Below are positions 12,990 to 30,402 of a stretch of DNA of 64,000 bases, piece by piece. Every line of letters starts with the position of its first letter. Positions within the stretch are counted from its first letter, which is position 1. The translations under genes and the position numbers were made by a program. This DNA comes from the human T2T-CHM13v2.0 reference genome, Homo sapiens, in the NCBI RefSeq assembly GCF_009914755.1, contig NC_060928.1. One strand, given 5' to 3'. The notes beneath the pieces are model-generated. The model did not search any database. It saw only the letters and a list, made by a program, of their open reading frames with translations, and had not been told where the DNA came from.

Positions 12990-13760
12990 ATGCACAGCCC
13001 CCGGCCCCAGAGACCCGGGAAGGAGTAGGGAGGCCGGGCCGTGCGCGGAGGAGTGGCCGCTGGGTTGGAAACCCGGCCCGGCAGGGAGCGGGGAAGGCGC
13101 GCTTTCCCGGAGGTCGGCGCGGGGCCGGGGCCGGGGCCCGGAGCGGGGATGGGCGGGCGCGGCCGGGATTAGCTGGCGGGCGAGGGCGCAGCGCAGGGAG
13201 GAGGAGGGGAGGCGGCGCCGGCGCGGGCGGGGCGGAGGATCTGGAGAGGGAAGGGGCGTGCGAGCCCCGCGGACCCCGGGCGCGCCCGGGCCGCCTGAGC
13301 TGGGCCAGCCGCGCGGCGGGCGCGGGCGCGGGCGGGTGGGGAGCCCCAGCCCCGGGGTTGCGGGGGCGCGTGACCGGCTGTCTGCGTGGGGCCCGCGCGC
13401 GGTGCCTCTGCCTGACCGTGCCCGAGCCTAGCGCGGAGCCTGGCGCGGGGGCTGCGAGCACAGGCCCGGGGCTGATCGTAATCGGGTGAGTCTCATCCGG
13501 CAGCAGGGCTCGCCTTCTGGCCGCTCTGCAGGCGATGTGCGCGGTGTTCTCCGCCCGCGGGCCGGCTGCGTCTGGCCCGGGCTTCCCTGCAGGCACTCGG
13601 GAAGCGTCAGGCCGGCCCCGGGCATGGCTCACGCGGGGAAGCGTTCGCCGCCAAAGGGACTCCTTCGTCACTGCGGTCGCTCCTGGGACTTGCTGGTGTT
13701 GGGTCAGGGCGGTGTGAGTGTTCCGTGCTGAGGAGCGGCTTCCCATGGCCACCCTGGAGT
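12990..13760 (+). promoter_or_regulatory. FAM149A: CpG island / internal promoter of FAM149A
   Basis: Very high GC and CpG density, several GC boxes (gggcgg, ggggcgg), followed by consensus splice donors upstream of the FAM149A exons. Confidence 0.88.
13200..13485 (+). other. FAM149A: Candidate first exon of the CpG-island FAM149A isoform (start approximate)
   Basis: Strong donor CGG|GTGAGT at 13485/13486. No AUG in this interval. The TSS cannot be read from sequence. Confidence 0.6.
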
Positions 13761-15403
13761 GCCCCTGTGTGTCCCCCCATCCAGAAAACCAGCCTGCATT
13801 TTAACCCGTTCAGAGTACAGTGCTTATGTCAGACAGTCCTGTCAACTAGGAATAGAAAATTTTGAAAGCTGCTGTCACTGACATTAGAATTTCTACAAAG
13901 CAGTGTGGCAGAGGTTTGTGGGCTGTCAAGAAGCAACCTAAAACAGTAACTCTGGATGATGATTTTCCTGACAGCTGGAATGGAGTCATGGAGATTGGAA
14001 CTCACCCTTAACCTCCATGCGCCAACAAATGAGTGCAGTCTAGTTTAGTGACTGCACTTCAGTCCACCCTACGAAGACCTGTCCCCAAATCAACAGCCTT
14101 GCTCTATTTAAACAGTATGGACAGGAACTAGTATAGAACTTGCATGTCTATGTTTAGAAGCTTCATGGACATGCCACCATATTCAAGTTTTAAAATACCT
14201 GTGGGATGCATCCTGTAAGTTGTGTACACTTTCTTAGACTGTGTAGGATACAGAACTAGTCCATAGTTTATAGGGGATTAAAGAGGTTCAACATTATGCA
14301 TGAGGGACCAGTAACCAATCCTTGGTTAGAGAACAGAGAAACCAAAGAACCAAAACAAGATGTGAAAGAGAAAAAAAAAAAGAAAAAGACAAGAAAGGGA
14401 TTTTGTAGGCTCTGCTGTTAATTCATGATGTTAGTAACTTGTGCCACTGGAGAGACAGGCAGGTCAGTGGCCTGGTTCCTCGAAGAAACTCTGTCCCTAT
14501 CTTCTTTGTGCTCTTGGGCAATCATTGAGTTACGGACTTAAATTCCTGTTCACCTCGTTTTTTTGTGAATTGTGTGGTCAAGTTTGTATGTTATTACACT
14601 GAACTCTGAAGCTCAAGAAATTGCTTAAAAGGAGATACAGAGGGGAAGGTCAGAGAGGAAAAAAGAGGGAGAAATGGCATGGAGTAGGGGAGTTTTAAGG
14701 CACCTAATTCGTAATAATTGGTGTGACTGTTACCCAACTTCCCATTTCCCCCTGCCCTGCATCCCAAGACCTCCTGGGCTCAGCTCTGCGTCCAAGACAG
14801 TGGGAAGCCTGGTCCTGGAAAGGATGTGGTGTGATGTGAAGAGAGATGAGTTCCTCCGTTTTGTAAATAATTTTCTCCTTAATTTGAAAAGAGCTTCCAC
14901 CCTTTCCCCTGAAAAAGAGTGAATTTCCTAGAGGAATAAATTATTCATTGAAACAAACTCGCATGCGTCCCATTTTGAATTTGGCTTCAAAGTTGCACAA
15001 AAGCAGGAGGAGGAGCTAGAAGCAGGATAGACCGTCTTGAGCAGAGCAGATGCTCCGTTTGGCGGTGAAAACCATTTGGGGGAATATCAGCTGCCCAAAG
15101 AAGAGCTGTGACTTTTTAACGAGTAAAACATTATCCAATAGTGTCTTGAATCTGGGGAATATTTTCATGTCAGGTCACGATGTAATCCTATGTTTCAGGC
15201 ATAAACATTCAGAGTAATTCTGTAGTGAAAATGAGTTCCGCATTTGAGTTGCTAATTTCGTCTTCGCCGTTTGAGTCTTTCAACCGAGGGCATCTTTTGT
15301 GTGACGAGTGTTATTTCAGGTGCTTAGCTTAAAAGATGAATAAGGTGTCAAGGTCACAACAAAAAGTTAAAATGTGAAAAGATCTATATAATACAAAATG
15401 CTA

Positions 15404-15781
<378 letters not shown>

Positions 15782-16417
15782 ATAATAGCAGTGAGCAGGT
15801 AAACCCGATTTATGTAGCACTGACTGACACTTCATATACTTTATCTACAGATGTGGACACTGAATTCAGGAGAGGAAAAGTTAACTTGCTTAAAGCCTCA
15901 GTGGCAGAGCAAATTTGAACCCCCCATTATTATTCTGTAGATATGTATCACAAAAGAACAATGTTTTAGCTAATTCATCATGCTGAGTTTTAAAATTATT
16001 TCTCAGTCATATATTAACTCCTATACCAGTATGTTTTTCTTAGTGTTCAAAACAAATCTATTTGATGTAACTTTTAGTTGTTATTTTATGTCATTAGTAT
16101 TTGTATGTTTACCTAAAAAGTTACTGAGTCACATGTAAACAAGAAATAATTAATGGCTTGAAAGCAACTGAAGAGGGCTAAAGGTAAAGCAGTTTGTCAG
16201 CATAAAGCGTGTCCTTTATTCTTTTCTCTGGGGCCCTTTCTTTAACATCTTTATCCTCAGAGTTACCTGGTTGTCCGTAAGATACCTAAGCAACAAAGAG
16301 AATAAAAAAAATCATATAATTCTATTATTCTCTCTTGCATGAGACGTATCTATGGAAGGTAGATGTTCTCGCCAATCTGTACATGGTAATTACTTTGTTT
16401 TAAAAATTCTCTTTGTT

Positions 16418-16654
16418 GGCTGGGTGTGGTGGCTCATGCCTGTAATCCCAGCACTTTGGGAGGCCGAAGCGGGTAGATCACTTGAGGTTAGGAGTTCGAG
16501 ACCAGCCTGGCTAACATGGTGAAACCCTTTCTCTACTAAAAATACAAAAATTAGCTGGGCGTGGTGGCAGGCGCCTGTAATCCCAGCTACTCAGGAGGCT
16601 GAGGCAGGAGAATTACTTGAACGTAGGAGGTGGAGGTTGCAGTGAGCTGAGATC
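16418..16654 (+). mobile_element. AluS-like SINE, 3'-truncated
   Basis: Alu sequence stops abruptly at gagctgagatc with no tail. Confidence 0.9.
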
Positions 16655-17370
16655 AATTAGGTAGCCTTATAATCGAAAGCAAAAGCAAACTTTTTAAAAA
16701 TGCATTTTAGAGTGGTGTTCTAACTAGAAATATTGAAAGTTGAAGTTTTTCCTGATTCATGACCATATCTTATGTTAATATATGTTTTATTTGTAAGGGA
16801 AAATAAGATTTCTATTGAAGAACAGAAGTTGTTGATTATTAAACATCAGGAAGATATTTTGACTAGAGGAAGTAAATGTTTTAAGCGGTTCATTGAAAGG
16901 ACATTTCAATGATTAACAGGAACTGTGCTACACCAGTTAGGCTTAATAGTTTATTTAACATCTAGATATTTCTTCTGTTTTAGTTCTTCATTAAATTTTA
17001 ATATCTTCTAACTCTTGAAAACTCAGTATACCCACAAACAGCAATGCTAGATTAAAGCAAGTTAGGTGTCTGTGTGGCTTCTGAGTCTAAAGAATTTGAT
17101 GTTTCTTAATTAATATGGGATTAATGATTTTTTTACTGGAGGAGTGGTTGGGTTTTGTAAGTAAGTCCCTTGTCCCTGGTCAAGGGACAACTGGGACCTG
17201 AAATCCCTGAAATACTGTGAACTGTTTGGGGCAACTTTTCCTTCTCTGGCTGAGTCACAAAAAGTTGATGTTGTCTTCAGTTCACATAAAGGTACATATA
17301 GGTTAATGGCAACCTTGATTTTAAGAAAAAGAAAAATGATGACATCCTAAGTCTCAGTTTCATCAGGATG

Positions 17371-17372
<2 letters not shown>

Positions 17373-17415
<43 letters not shown>

Positions 17416-17416
17416 C
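17373..17416. repeat. (GT)18(GC)4 alternating purine-pyrimidine repeat
   Basis: Read directly from the sequence. Confidence 0.97.
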
Positions 17417-17503
17417 TCATGCACAGGTGGGTTTGGAGGGATGTGGCAGAACGAGAGGAGCAACTTTGTATAAAAGAGAAATTTTAAAAGTCTTAATGAA
17501 TAA

Positions 17504-17665
<162 letters not shown>

Positions 17666-17839
17666 TAAGAATTCACCTTGCTTCAGATTACAAAATCACA
17701 AAATGCCCGTAACAAATGTGGGAAGGAAGTTAGTGACTGGCCATGAATTTCTAAAAGTAAGATGCAGTTTTATTTTTAACCTAGTGTAAACATCACACTG
17801 TAAAAATATTTCAAAATTAGTATACTGTGAAATTAATAA

Positions 17840-18115
<276 letters not shown>

Positions 18116-18410
18116 TAATTACAGTTTATAGTGAAGAGTTGCTTCCTTATATTCAAAATTATTGTTACCAATTATAAAAGCATGACCTATTGCATACATA
18201 CATGTACATACATGTAAAAGCATGTACATGTTACATGTGAAAATAATAGATCACGAACCGTGGAGGAAAACAGAACTCCCTCGTGACCTTCTGGCCCCGT
18301 CTTAGCTGCCCGCAGTTTTCTTGTTTCCACCCTGCAGCCGGCTCTCCGGGTGTGTGCTCCTTGTGACTTCTTGGATGGTATCCATGGCCGGAAATTCAGG
18401 ACTTGAATAA

Positions 18411-19388
<978 letters not shown>

Positions 19389-20286
19389 TCTTTGCTTTCT
19401 TTAAAAGTGGTTCCCCACTCCCACTGCACATGGGAATCCGCTTCTGTCCGCAGCTGTGCAGCTGTGATTCTCAGGGGAGCCGGCAGGGCAGGTGCACCGA
19501 GGGGGTCTGAAAGGGACTCAGCTCAGCACTGCTAGGAGGACCTTTCACGCACGCAGCTCCCTTACTTAGGGGCAGCTGCCTCCTTCCTCTCCCTTACGCC
19601 CACTCACCACCACCCCTCAAGCCCGCCTTCCTTGGTAGAAGGCTGAGCACCACTGCTTTACTCTGTCCAAATTCTAGGATTCTTTTAGTACAACGTTTAA
19701 TGGAATTACCAGGGAAATTCGTATAACTTCCATTAATACTCAGGCCTCACCCTAATAACCACACTTCTTAGGATAACTAAGGATTTTTTTTTCCAGTTCA
19801 TTGATTTAAGGAGATTAATGGCCTTTTCTACAAAAGTAATTTTCTTTTCTGTGGTATCACCAGAAGAAAAAAAAATCTTGTATTTTGCAGGTGTGCTTAG
19901 GTGTGTCAGGCACAGCTCTGTGAGGAGCTGCCTGTGTTTGCAGACATACAGATGTGGACGTGTCTGTGTGTCTACGCTGATGTCTGTGGCAGTATGAACA
20001 CGTCCATCTATACCTCTATCTATGCAAATTCTTGAGTCTCATAACTTCCGTGGCAGAAGTTTTCTCTATTTAACAGTAAAAGAATCCGAGGCTCAGAATG
20101 AGATGGCATTTCTCAGAAAGCTAACAGCTAGAGCACAGGTGTGTCTGACTGCAAAGCCACCGTCTTTTTACCAAGTGATGCACCCTCCTACATAGTGGGT
20201 GACAGTAAATGTATAAGTAGCGTTGATCCGGAAGCCCGCAGTTCTGTAACTTGCAGTGTCGTAACCAAGTGTGCATTTCTGTTTAG

Positions 20287-20565
<279 letters not shown>

Positions 20566-20809
20566 TGAGAGATCACTTTCCTCTTACGGCGTCTGAGGAA
20601 ATACTGAGACATTCCAGTACTCAAGCGCCTTTTAATTTGTGAGAAGCAAATTCAGGCCATCCTGAGAAGGGCATGACACATATACGAATGCAAGAATGGT
20701 GGAGGCCACCTCTTACCTTCACATTCACTGTGTGTGAGCAGCACATGTCTGTCTTCATCACAGAACACAGCGAGGGTGGGCAGAGATGATTTGCTGAACG
20801 GCTGGATAG

Positions 20810-21230
<421 letters not shown>

Positions 21231-22023
21231 AAAGGCAAGCTTATCTTTCAGTCACTCAGCCAACGTACTGGGGGACAGTTTATCAAAGTTACCTGAGTTC
21301 CTCTGGATTCTGTCTGGGGAGAATGAATCAGAACACTCATGTAAATGTGGCTGGATTTCCTGGTTACATTCACTAGGTAACTTTTACAGAAATCTTGACC
21401 AACTAGGGTTGTTTTTTTTTTTCTTTTCAACCCTTAATAAGCCACCTGCCCTAAAGAGTATGATATGTCCACTAGATACTAGTTGTGGATACTCACTTTT
21501 CTGGGGATGATCACTCACCAGAAATTCGGGAGCTCACACTTATTCTTGTCACTGCTGTCTTACATCATTGATAGAAATGGAGGGAAGGTGGGAAAAGATT
21601 GTCAGGTACATAAGCCAAGTGTGCATATTTATATATTTGTATTCTTGTTATGTTTGTGTTTAACTGTGTATTAGTTAATATGTATGGAGGGCTTCTTTGT
21701 GCCCAGTGTTGCCTTAGACACCTGAGTCTGTCATATATGATCTCTAAGCCATTCATCAGCCCTGCAAGGTAACCATTATTATCCTGTTTTGCAAATGAAA
21801 GACAAACAAATGAAATTAGCCTGAGAACCTTGCCTGAGACTGAGTCAGTGGAAGAACAGTCTGGCCTAAACTCTCAAAGTCACACTTCTGTGATGCGTGA
21901 TGCTTCCCACGTTCCCATACACATCTTATCATACACATGCCTTCAAAATCATTGTCTCCTACTTTTAAAATCTCCAAACATTTTCCCTTTGTCTGATCAA
22001 AAATGTCAGTAGCTTCTCTTTGA

Positions 22024-22203
<180 letters not shown>

Positions 22204-22834
22204 TAGTTATACTTTTTCATGTTTATCTCATCTATAAGCCTTGGCTCCACCCATTTTGGAAATTTAGATTCTGATGAAGGGCAGGTACAGAGAACAATTT
22301 TTATAAGAAGCTTTTGATTCTGAATTGATGATAGGTGTATATGTGTGTATATAGAGAGATGTGTAATATATATATGGAACACACATGCACACACATGGTA
22401 GTTACCTTCCACGTTTGTTCCAAAGGCGCTGTGAAAGGTGGACTGGGTGCAGGATGGAAACCGCCTCACTGTGATGGATTATAAGCCTCCAGGCGGTGGC
22501 AGCAGGAGAAATGAAGCTCTGTCCTGTCATTTCTGTTCACTAGCAGATTTTGATGACTCTATGCCATTCACACATATTTGGTGTGCCGTGACACAATGCA
22601 GTCCTTTCACTGCAACCAAAGAGGGTGCAAACTCATAGAATAATTTAGGCTTTTAAGAAGCCCTTAAAATGTTTAATGATGCCTGTATTAAAGTGTTTTT
22701 AAGGACATGAGTTTTGTCCAATGTAATATTCAACCGTTTTGGGAGGGGGGGATTCTGTACTTTACAGATAATTGAAAGATCCGCCATGATCGTTTAAGCA
22801 TTGCGTTCTTGGTGTTCTATAAACTCCCATGTAG

Positions 22835-23026
<192 letters not shown>

Positions 23027-23239
23027 TAAATAGAATCTTATTTGACATTGACCTCATAAAATAATATTAATTTATTTGACATTTATTGTTATCGTATGCT
23101 CATTAAGTGTTTTGTGTATTTTTTACTCACCCAAAAGATTTCTGTTCTTTTGAGAGTAATGTACTCCCCAGAGCTTTTGGATTCCTAGCCGGCGGTGCAC
23201 GTGCGGGAGCAGCGAAGAGGGTGTTCAGTGCCCTTGTAA

Positions 23240-23652
<413 letters not shown>

Positions 23653-23749
23653 TTGTATTTTGTTCTTAATCAAAAACTACAACTATTACATGATAAAACT
23701 TTGCCCCGTGATTGAAAATTGGCACATTAAAAAGTAACACTGATAAAAC

Positions 23750-24210
23750 AAGTCTTAACACATTTGAGAAGACTGAAATCAAGCATCTTTTCTGATCTCA
23801 GTGGTACAAAACTGAAAGTCAATAACAGGAAGAAAACTAGAAAACTCACAAATATGTGTAAACTAAACAACCTGCTCCTCAACAACCAGGCAGTAGGTCA
23901 AAGAAGAAACCTAAAGGGAAATCAAAAAATATAATGAGACAAATTAAAATGGAAACACAACATATTAAAACCAAACTTATGGGGTACAGTAGAAGCAGCT
24001 CTAAAAGGGAAGCCTATGGCAATAAATGCCTACATTGAGAAAAAAGACATATCTGAAATAAACAACCTAACTTTATACTTGAAGGAATGAGAAAAAGAAC
24101 AAACTAAGCCCAAACTTAGTAGAAGGAAGGAAATAACAAAGCTCAGAGCCGAAATAAATGAAGAGACTAGAAAAAAAAAGAAAGATCAATGAAAGCAGGA
24201 GTTGGTTTCT
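23750..24210 (+). mobile_element. L1M ORF2 (endonuclease-adjacent) fragment
   Basis: A-rich L1 motifs (aaactaaacaacctgctcctcaacaacc; aaacaacctaactttatacttgaagga; aagatcaatgaaagcaggagttggtt). Confidence 0.75.
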
Positions 24211-24363
24211 TGTTTTTATTCATGTGTAATGGAAAAAAATTATATATGTTAAAAAAGAACGATGCTGTTTAACAAAGAATGTTTATTAATATATGTATAC
24301 ATGTACATACGTGAATGTGTGTAGATAGAATTATTTTAACTCTAAGCATTGATCTTTTAGTAA

Positions 24364-24600
<237 letters not shown>

Positions 24601-24760
24601 TAATGAAAAGAAAAAGTCCCTGTTCCTCGGCCCTGGGCTCCTGCTCCCCAGCTTGGCCAGACCTAGAACGTGACCAGTGAGAAGACAAGTGGGTGTTCTG
24701 ACTTTACTCATGAGTGCTCTTTAGTCCCTTCAAAAAGGACGCTATTGTTTTTTTGTGTTA

Positions 24761-25350
<590 letters not shown>

Positions 25351-25912
25351 AAAAATAGCAGTGCATATGCAGTCTGGAAAACACACAGATACACAAGAAC
25401 AAGGCTAGAAGTCACGTTTTTTGTTATAGTAAAAATAATTTACCTAACTACTCTCTAATAATGAGATATTTGTTTTTCATTGTTCGTGACATTATCTGTA
25501 ATGTAAAATGTAAACATTGCTAATTGAATCATGCTTTAATCCTCTTACATACAAAATATTCTCTAAACTTAACATTGAACAAAAACAAATCATAAAAATG
25601 TCAGTGATGGACATTAATGACCAGTTTTATTAATCAATTTGTACAATAAGGCAATAATCACGTTAACCTAAATCCTGTTCTTTTTCCAGTATTTAAGGAA
25701 TTAGTTGGGCTTTATCATGTGCTGAGAATCTGTATTGCCCACTGTGTGATCTGCTTCTCCAAGCCCTGCAACCACAGTTCCAGCAGCCAGTTGCTCCACA
25801 GGGGTCTCTGCCCTCCGTGGTAACATGTGGAGTGGCCGTAGCATGGGCTCGTGGTAGCTCAAGCACACATATTCTCTTTCAAGAGTGAATTTTAAGTATT
25901 TGTATTAGATAA

Positions 25913-26191
<279 letters not shown>

Positions 26192-26208
26192 TGAGATATT
26201 TGGGGCTG

Positions 26209-27310
26209 CTTTCCACGCTGCCCGCAGAGGGGTCCATGCAGGCTTTCCATGGTAACTTAAAGGGAAACCTTCACAGTGTCACAATGCCTGGAGACCTGGA
26301 CGTCCTGCCTATGAAGGACGAGGATGTGCTCAAGTTCCTTGCGGTAGGAGCCCACGCAGGCGGCACCACCCTTGGCTTCCAGATGGAGCAGTATATCCAC
26401 AAAAGGACGGACCAGCAATGGCATCTCTGTCATAAATCTGAAGGGACCTGGGAGAAGCTGCTGCTGGCAGCTCGTGCCATTGTTGCTGTTGAACCCTGCT
26501 GAGGTCCCTGTCTTGCTCCAGGAACACTGGCCGGCAGGCTGTGCTGAAGCTCACTGCTGCCACCAGAGCCACTCCAGCTGCTGGCCGCTTCTCTCCTGGA
26601 ACCTTCACTCGCCAGACCCAGGCAGCCTTCCGGGAGCCATGTCTGCTGGTCCCAGGCGACCACCAGCCTCTCAGAGAGGCGTCTTGGCTAGCCCACCTCC
26701 CATTGCTCTGTGGAACACAGATTCTCCTCTGTGCTGTGTGGAAGTCGCCATCCCGTGCAACAAGGGAGCTCACTCAGTGGGCCTGAAGGGGTGGCTGCTG
26801 GCTCAGGGAGTTCTGGGCATGCGTGACACCATCCCCCAGGAACACCCATGGGAGTCCACGCCTGACCTCTGCTTCTGCAGAGACCCTGAAGAGATTGAGG
26901 TGGAAGAGCAGCCTGCTGCTGATGCAGCTGTGGCCAAGGGGGAGTTTCAGGGGAACAGATTGCTCCAGTGCCTGCTGAGCATTGCCGCCCAGCCCGAGGC
27001 TGCAGACCCAGCCCCTGCACGCACTGCCGCCCAGGTTGAGGGTGGAGACCCAGCCCCTGCACGCACTGCTGCTCAGCCTGAGGCTGCAGACTGCTCTGAA
27101 GGTGCAGGTACCCCCTGTGCCTATTCAGCCGTCCCTACTGCAGACTGGAGCACTCAGCCTGCCAGGCAAGCCTGTTCTGCAGCTCCCAATGCTCAGGCCC
27201 CTGAATGAGGAGGATCAACCACTGAGCGGTCTCAAGCTGTTCTTCCACAGGCCACCAGCAAGATGGAAATAAGGCCGATGGAAAATAAACATCAGTTTCT
27301 ATTTAAAACA
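26209..27310 (+). pseudogene. Processed pseudogene of RPSA (40S ribosomal protein SA / laminin receptor)
   Basis: Intronless RPSA-like peptides spread over shifting frames ([19 protein letters not shown]; [20 protein letters not shown]; [21 protein letters not shown]; RDPEEIE). RPSA-like 5'UTR and 3' end aataaacatcagtttcta. Degenerate TSD gatatttggggctg (26195-26208) / gatattcgggtctg (27313-27326). Confidence 0.93.
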
Positions 27311-28298
27311 ATGATATTCGGGTCTGTTTGCAATGTGATTATTTCATGAAGTTTAACAGAATTACCACATGGCACTGCTCTGAGATGTGAAGCTGTTTTC
27401 TACATTTTGGGAGATTAAAAAAATGCTTTCCCCTAATATTTCGAGCTAGTTTGAAAATTATAAATGTTCTCCTTTCTTTCCACCAAAGTGATAAAAGAAC
27501 CAATGAGTATACATTGGGCTTACTCAGCATTTATTGGTTGTAGTTGAGGCATTTTGAGGAGATACAGAGGTGAATCCTAGTGATACAAAAGCCGTGACAC
27601 AGGGTCAGGTGCAATACATTCTGTGAGGGTCGCGCAAAAAAAAACAAAAACAAAAAAAACCTTGTAGAAGAATCAAAGAGAGAGTGATTTGTTCTGATTA
27701 CAGGAGGGGGATTGGTCTTTTACATTGAAGGTAAAATTTGAGCAGGAATGAGCAAGGCTCTTGTGGGAGAGAACTCTGGGTGGGCCATTTCAGGCCAAGC
27801 AAAGGCGTGGATGAGTAAAAGATGGGGCCTGTTTGGGGACTGTGACTGGGCTGAGTTTAGGGGATAAGAAACTGGCAACTGCAGCATAGTGGCAAGAACA
27901 GGGGATTAGGAATCGAGAGGCCTGAGAGGAGTATTCTTCTGGATATGTTGTTTAGCTTTTCTGAACTTTAGTGTCCTTAGCTTATAATGAGATATTATCT
28001 TGTCCAAGGGATTATTGTGAGGATAAAATCATAGAAATACCCAAGAGCTCCTACTACAGGGTCCAGCACATACTGAGCGCGTAATAAATTTTTCTTGAAT
28101 TGCATTTTTATTGAGAGATGTGGTCGCAGGTGAGGCTGGAAAGGATACACTTGTTCACGCGAGGCCTGTAGTGGTGCCAAGGAGGTTGTTTCCACTGCCC
28201 ACCTTGTGGGGGGAGCAGAGAACACGGGTAAGGCAGGAGTCCTAGTCCTGAGCTACACAGAATTTATAGTATAGTTGGAGGGAGCCCAGCCATGTCAA

Positions 28299-29186
28299 AC
28301 AACACACACACACACACACCACACACAGACACACACCACACCACTCATACACACACCAAACACACCACACACACACACTGCACACATCCCCCCACACACC
28401 CCCCACACAAACACACACCCCACACAAACACACCACATACCATACACCACACACACACCACACACCAAACACATACCACATACACACTACACACACCACG
28501 CACACACACCACACACCAAACACATACCACATACACACACTACACACACACACACCACACACCAAACACATACCACATACACACACTACACACACACCAC
28601 TCACCACACACACCACTCACCACACACACCACTCACACACACACTGCACACACCCGACACAAACACACCACACACCAAACACACACCCCACACAAACACA
28701 CCACACACCAAACACACACCACACACAAACACACCACACACACAGAAAATACATACCACATACACACACACCACTCACACACACACTGCACACACCCCCC
28801 ACATAAACACACCACACACCAAACATATATCCCACACAAACACACCACACACCATACACCACACACACACCACACACTATACAAACACATACCAAATACA
28901 CACATACACACACACTACACACCACACGCACACCCCACACATGCACACATACCACACACACCACATATCATACACACACCACACACATACACCACATGCA
29001 TACACAACCCACAACACACCACACATGTACACACCCCACACCTACACACCCCACACATACACACACACCTTCACACATACCACACACACTACCACACACC
29101 ACACACACACCTCACCACACCCAACACACACCACACCACACCACACACACACCACATCACACCACACCACACACACACACACACAC
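28299..29186. repeat. ~0.9 kb CA-rich degenerate tandem/low-complexity repeat
   Basis: Almost only C and A; recurring units such as cacaccacacaccaaacacataccacatacacac. Confidence 0.95.
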
Positions 29187-30289
29187 ATCTCCCCACATGG
29201 GAGACAGTCTAGCTGATAGCAGAGTGAAACTTGCGTATATAGACTACTAGTTCTGGGCTTGATGTCTGCATTTAATACTCCGTGATTGTAAATCAGTCCC
29301 TGTTTCTCAAAACCTCAATTTCCTGATTTATGAGGTAGGAAGCTGTGAGAATTAAAGGAGATAAAACATTTTGTGTAGTGTCTGGTGTAGAGTGGACGTT
29401 CAATAAGTGTTACCTTTTGTTATAATCAGATGCTAATTATATATTAATAGTCTATATAATCCTTTGTAATTAGATTTTTGTGTAATTTTTTAATTAGATG
29501 TAATGTTTTGTAATTATATATATTTTATAATGAGATGTGTTTTGGATCATAAGTCCTCTGGGAGTCAGAAGAAAAATATACTTTTCACAGAGTAGGGTAA
29601 GATATGAACCAAGCCCTAAATGACAGGTGTGATTCGTTAACATGAGAAAGGAAGGGAGGCTCTTCAAAGCAAAAGCAAAACTGCACCTGGCGTGGGAGCT
29701 TCTAAACCCGCGATCTTTGTGAGACTGAAGGGACACAGGCCTGAACAGAACCTGTGCTTCGGGGAGCAGTGGGGAGAACAGAGCGTCTCAGAGGCTTGTT
29801 TCACTCTCTAGTGTAAGTCTTCTGTGCCTTTTCTGTTCTAAAGAAACTTTTGGAATTGCTACCTGCTTATTGTATTTTTTTGGTCTCTTTAAACTGCTCT
29901 GACAAGTTCAATACAACATTTCCCACTTAAAAAAAATAGGCAGTATGAATATCACACAAAGAGCAGTGGATGAGCCTTTAAATATCAGGCAAAATAAACA
30001 GACCAGAAAAATATGGACATTCTAGAAGCTGAGGCATTTTTTAAATAGCTGTTTTGTTTTTATAATTACTTTGTTTGGATAAATGTTAAAAAAAAATAAG
30101 TGGACAGCAAAGTTAACAGAATAAAAATAGAGCCTGCTTTGAAATACTCAAGGTGTTCTAGTTCTAATTATGAAAGCTCTTAAGTTATTCCTCTACATAT
30201 GATTGTGGTTGCCACATGTGCTCATGAACTAGAACAGAATTCCAGTCCCAGAAATCCTGTTCTCCTACATCTAAATATGGTTATTTGAA

Positions 30290-30402
30290 AAAATTTTTAA
30301 TTTACTTTAAGTTCTGGGATACATGTGCAGAATGTGCAGGTTTGTTACACAGGTATACATGTGCCATGGTGGTTTGCTGCACCTGTCAGCCTGTCATCTA
30401 GG
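30290..30402 (-). mobile_element. Short L1PA 3'-end fragment
   Basis: ttactttaagttctgggatacatgtgcagaatgtgcaggtttgttacac. Confidence 0.85.

Noticed and set aside
12850-13752. 300-aa minus-strand ORF
   Set aside because: Ala/Pro/Arg-rich product of a stop-poor CpG island, with no recognisable domain.
26372-27208. 278-aa ORF as a functional RPSA retrogene
   Set aside because: Non-AUG start, N-terminal half out of the RPSA frame, and multiple frameshifts.
28242-29250. His/Thr-rich and Cys/Val-rich ORFs up to 313 aa
   Set aside because: Translation artefacts of the CA-rich repeat.
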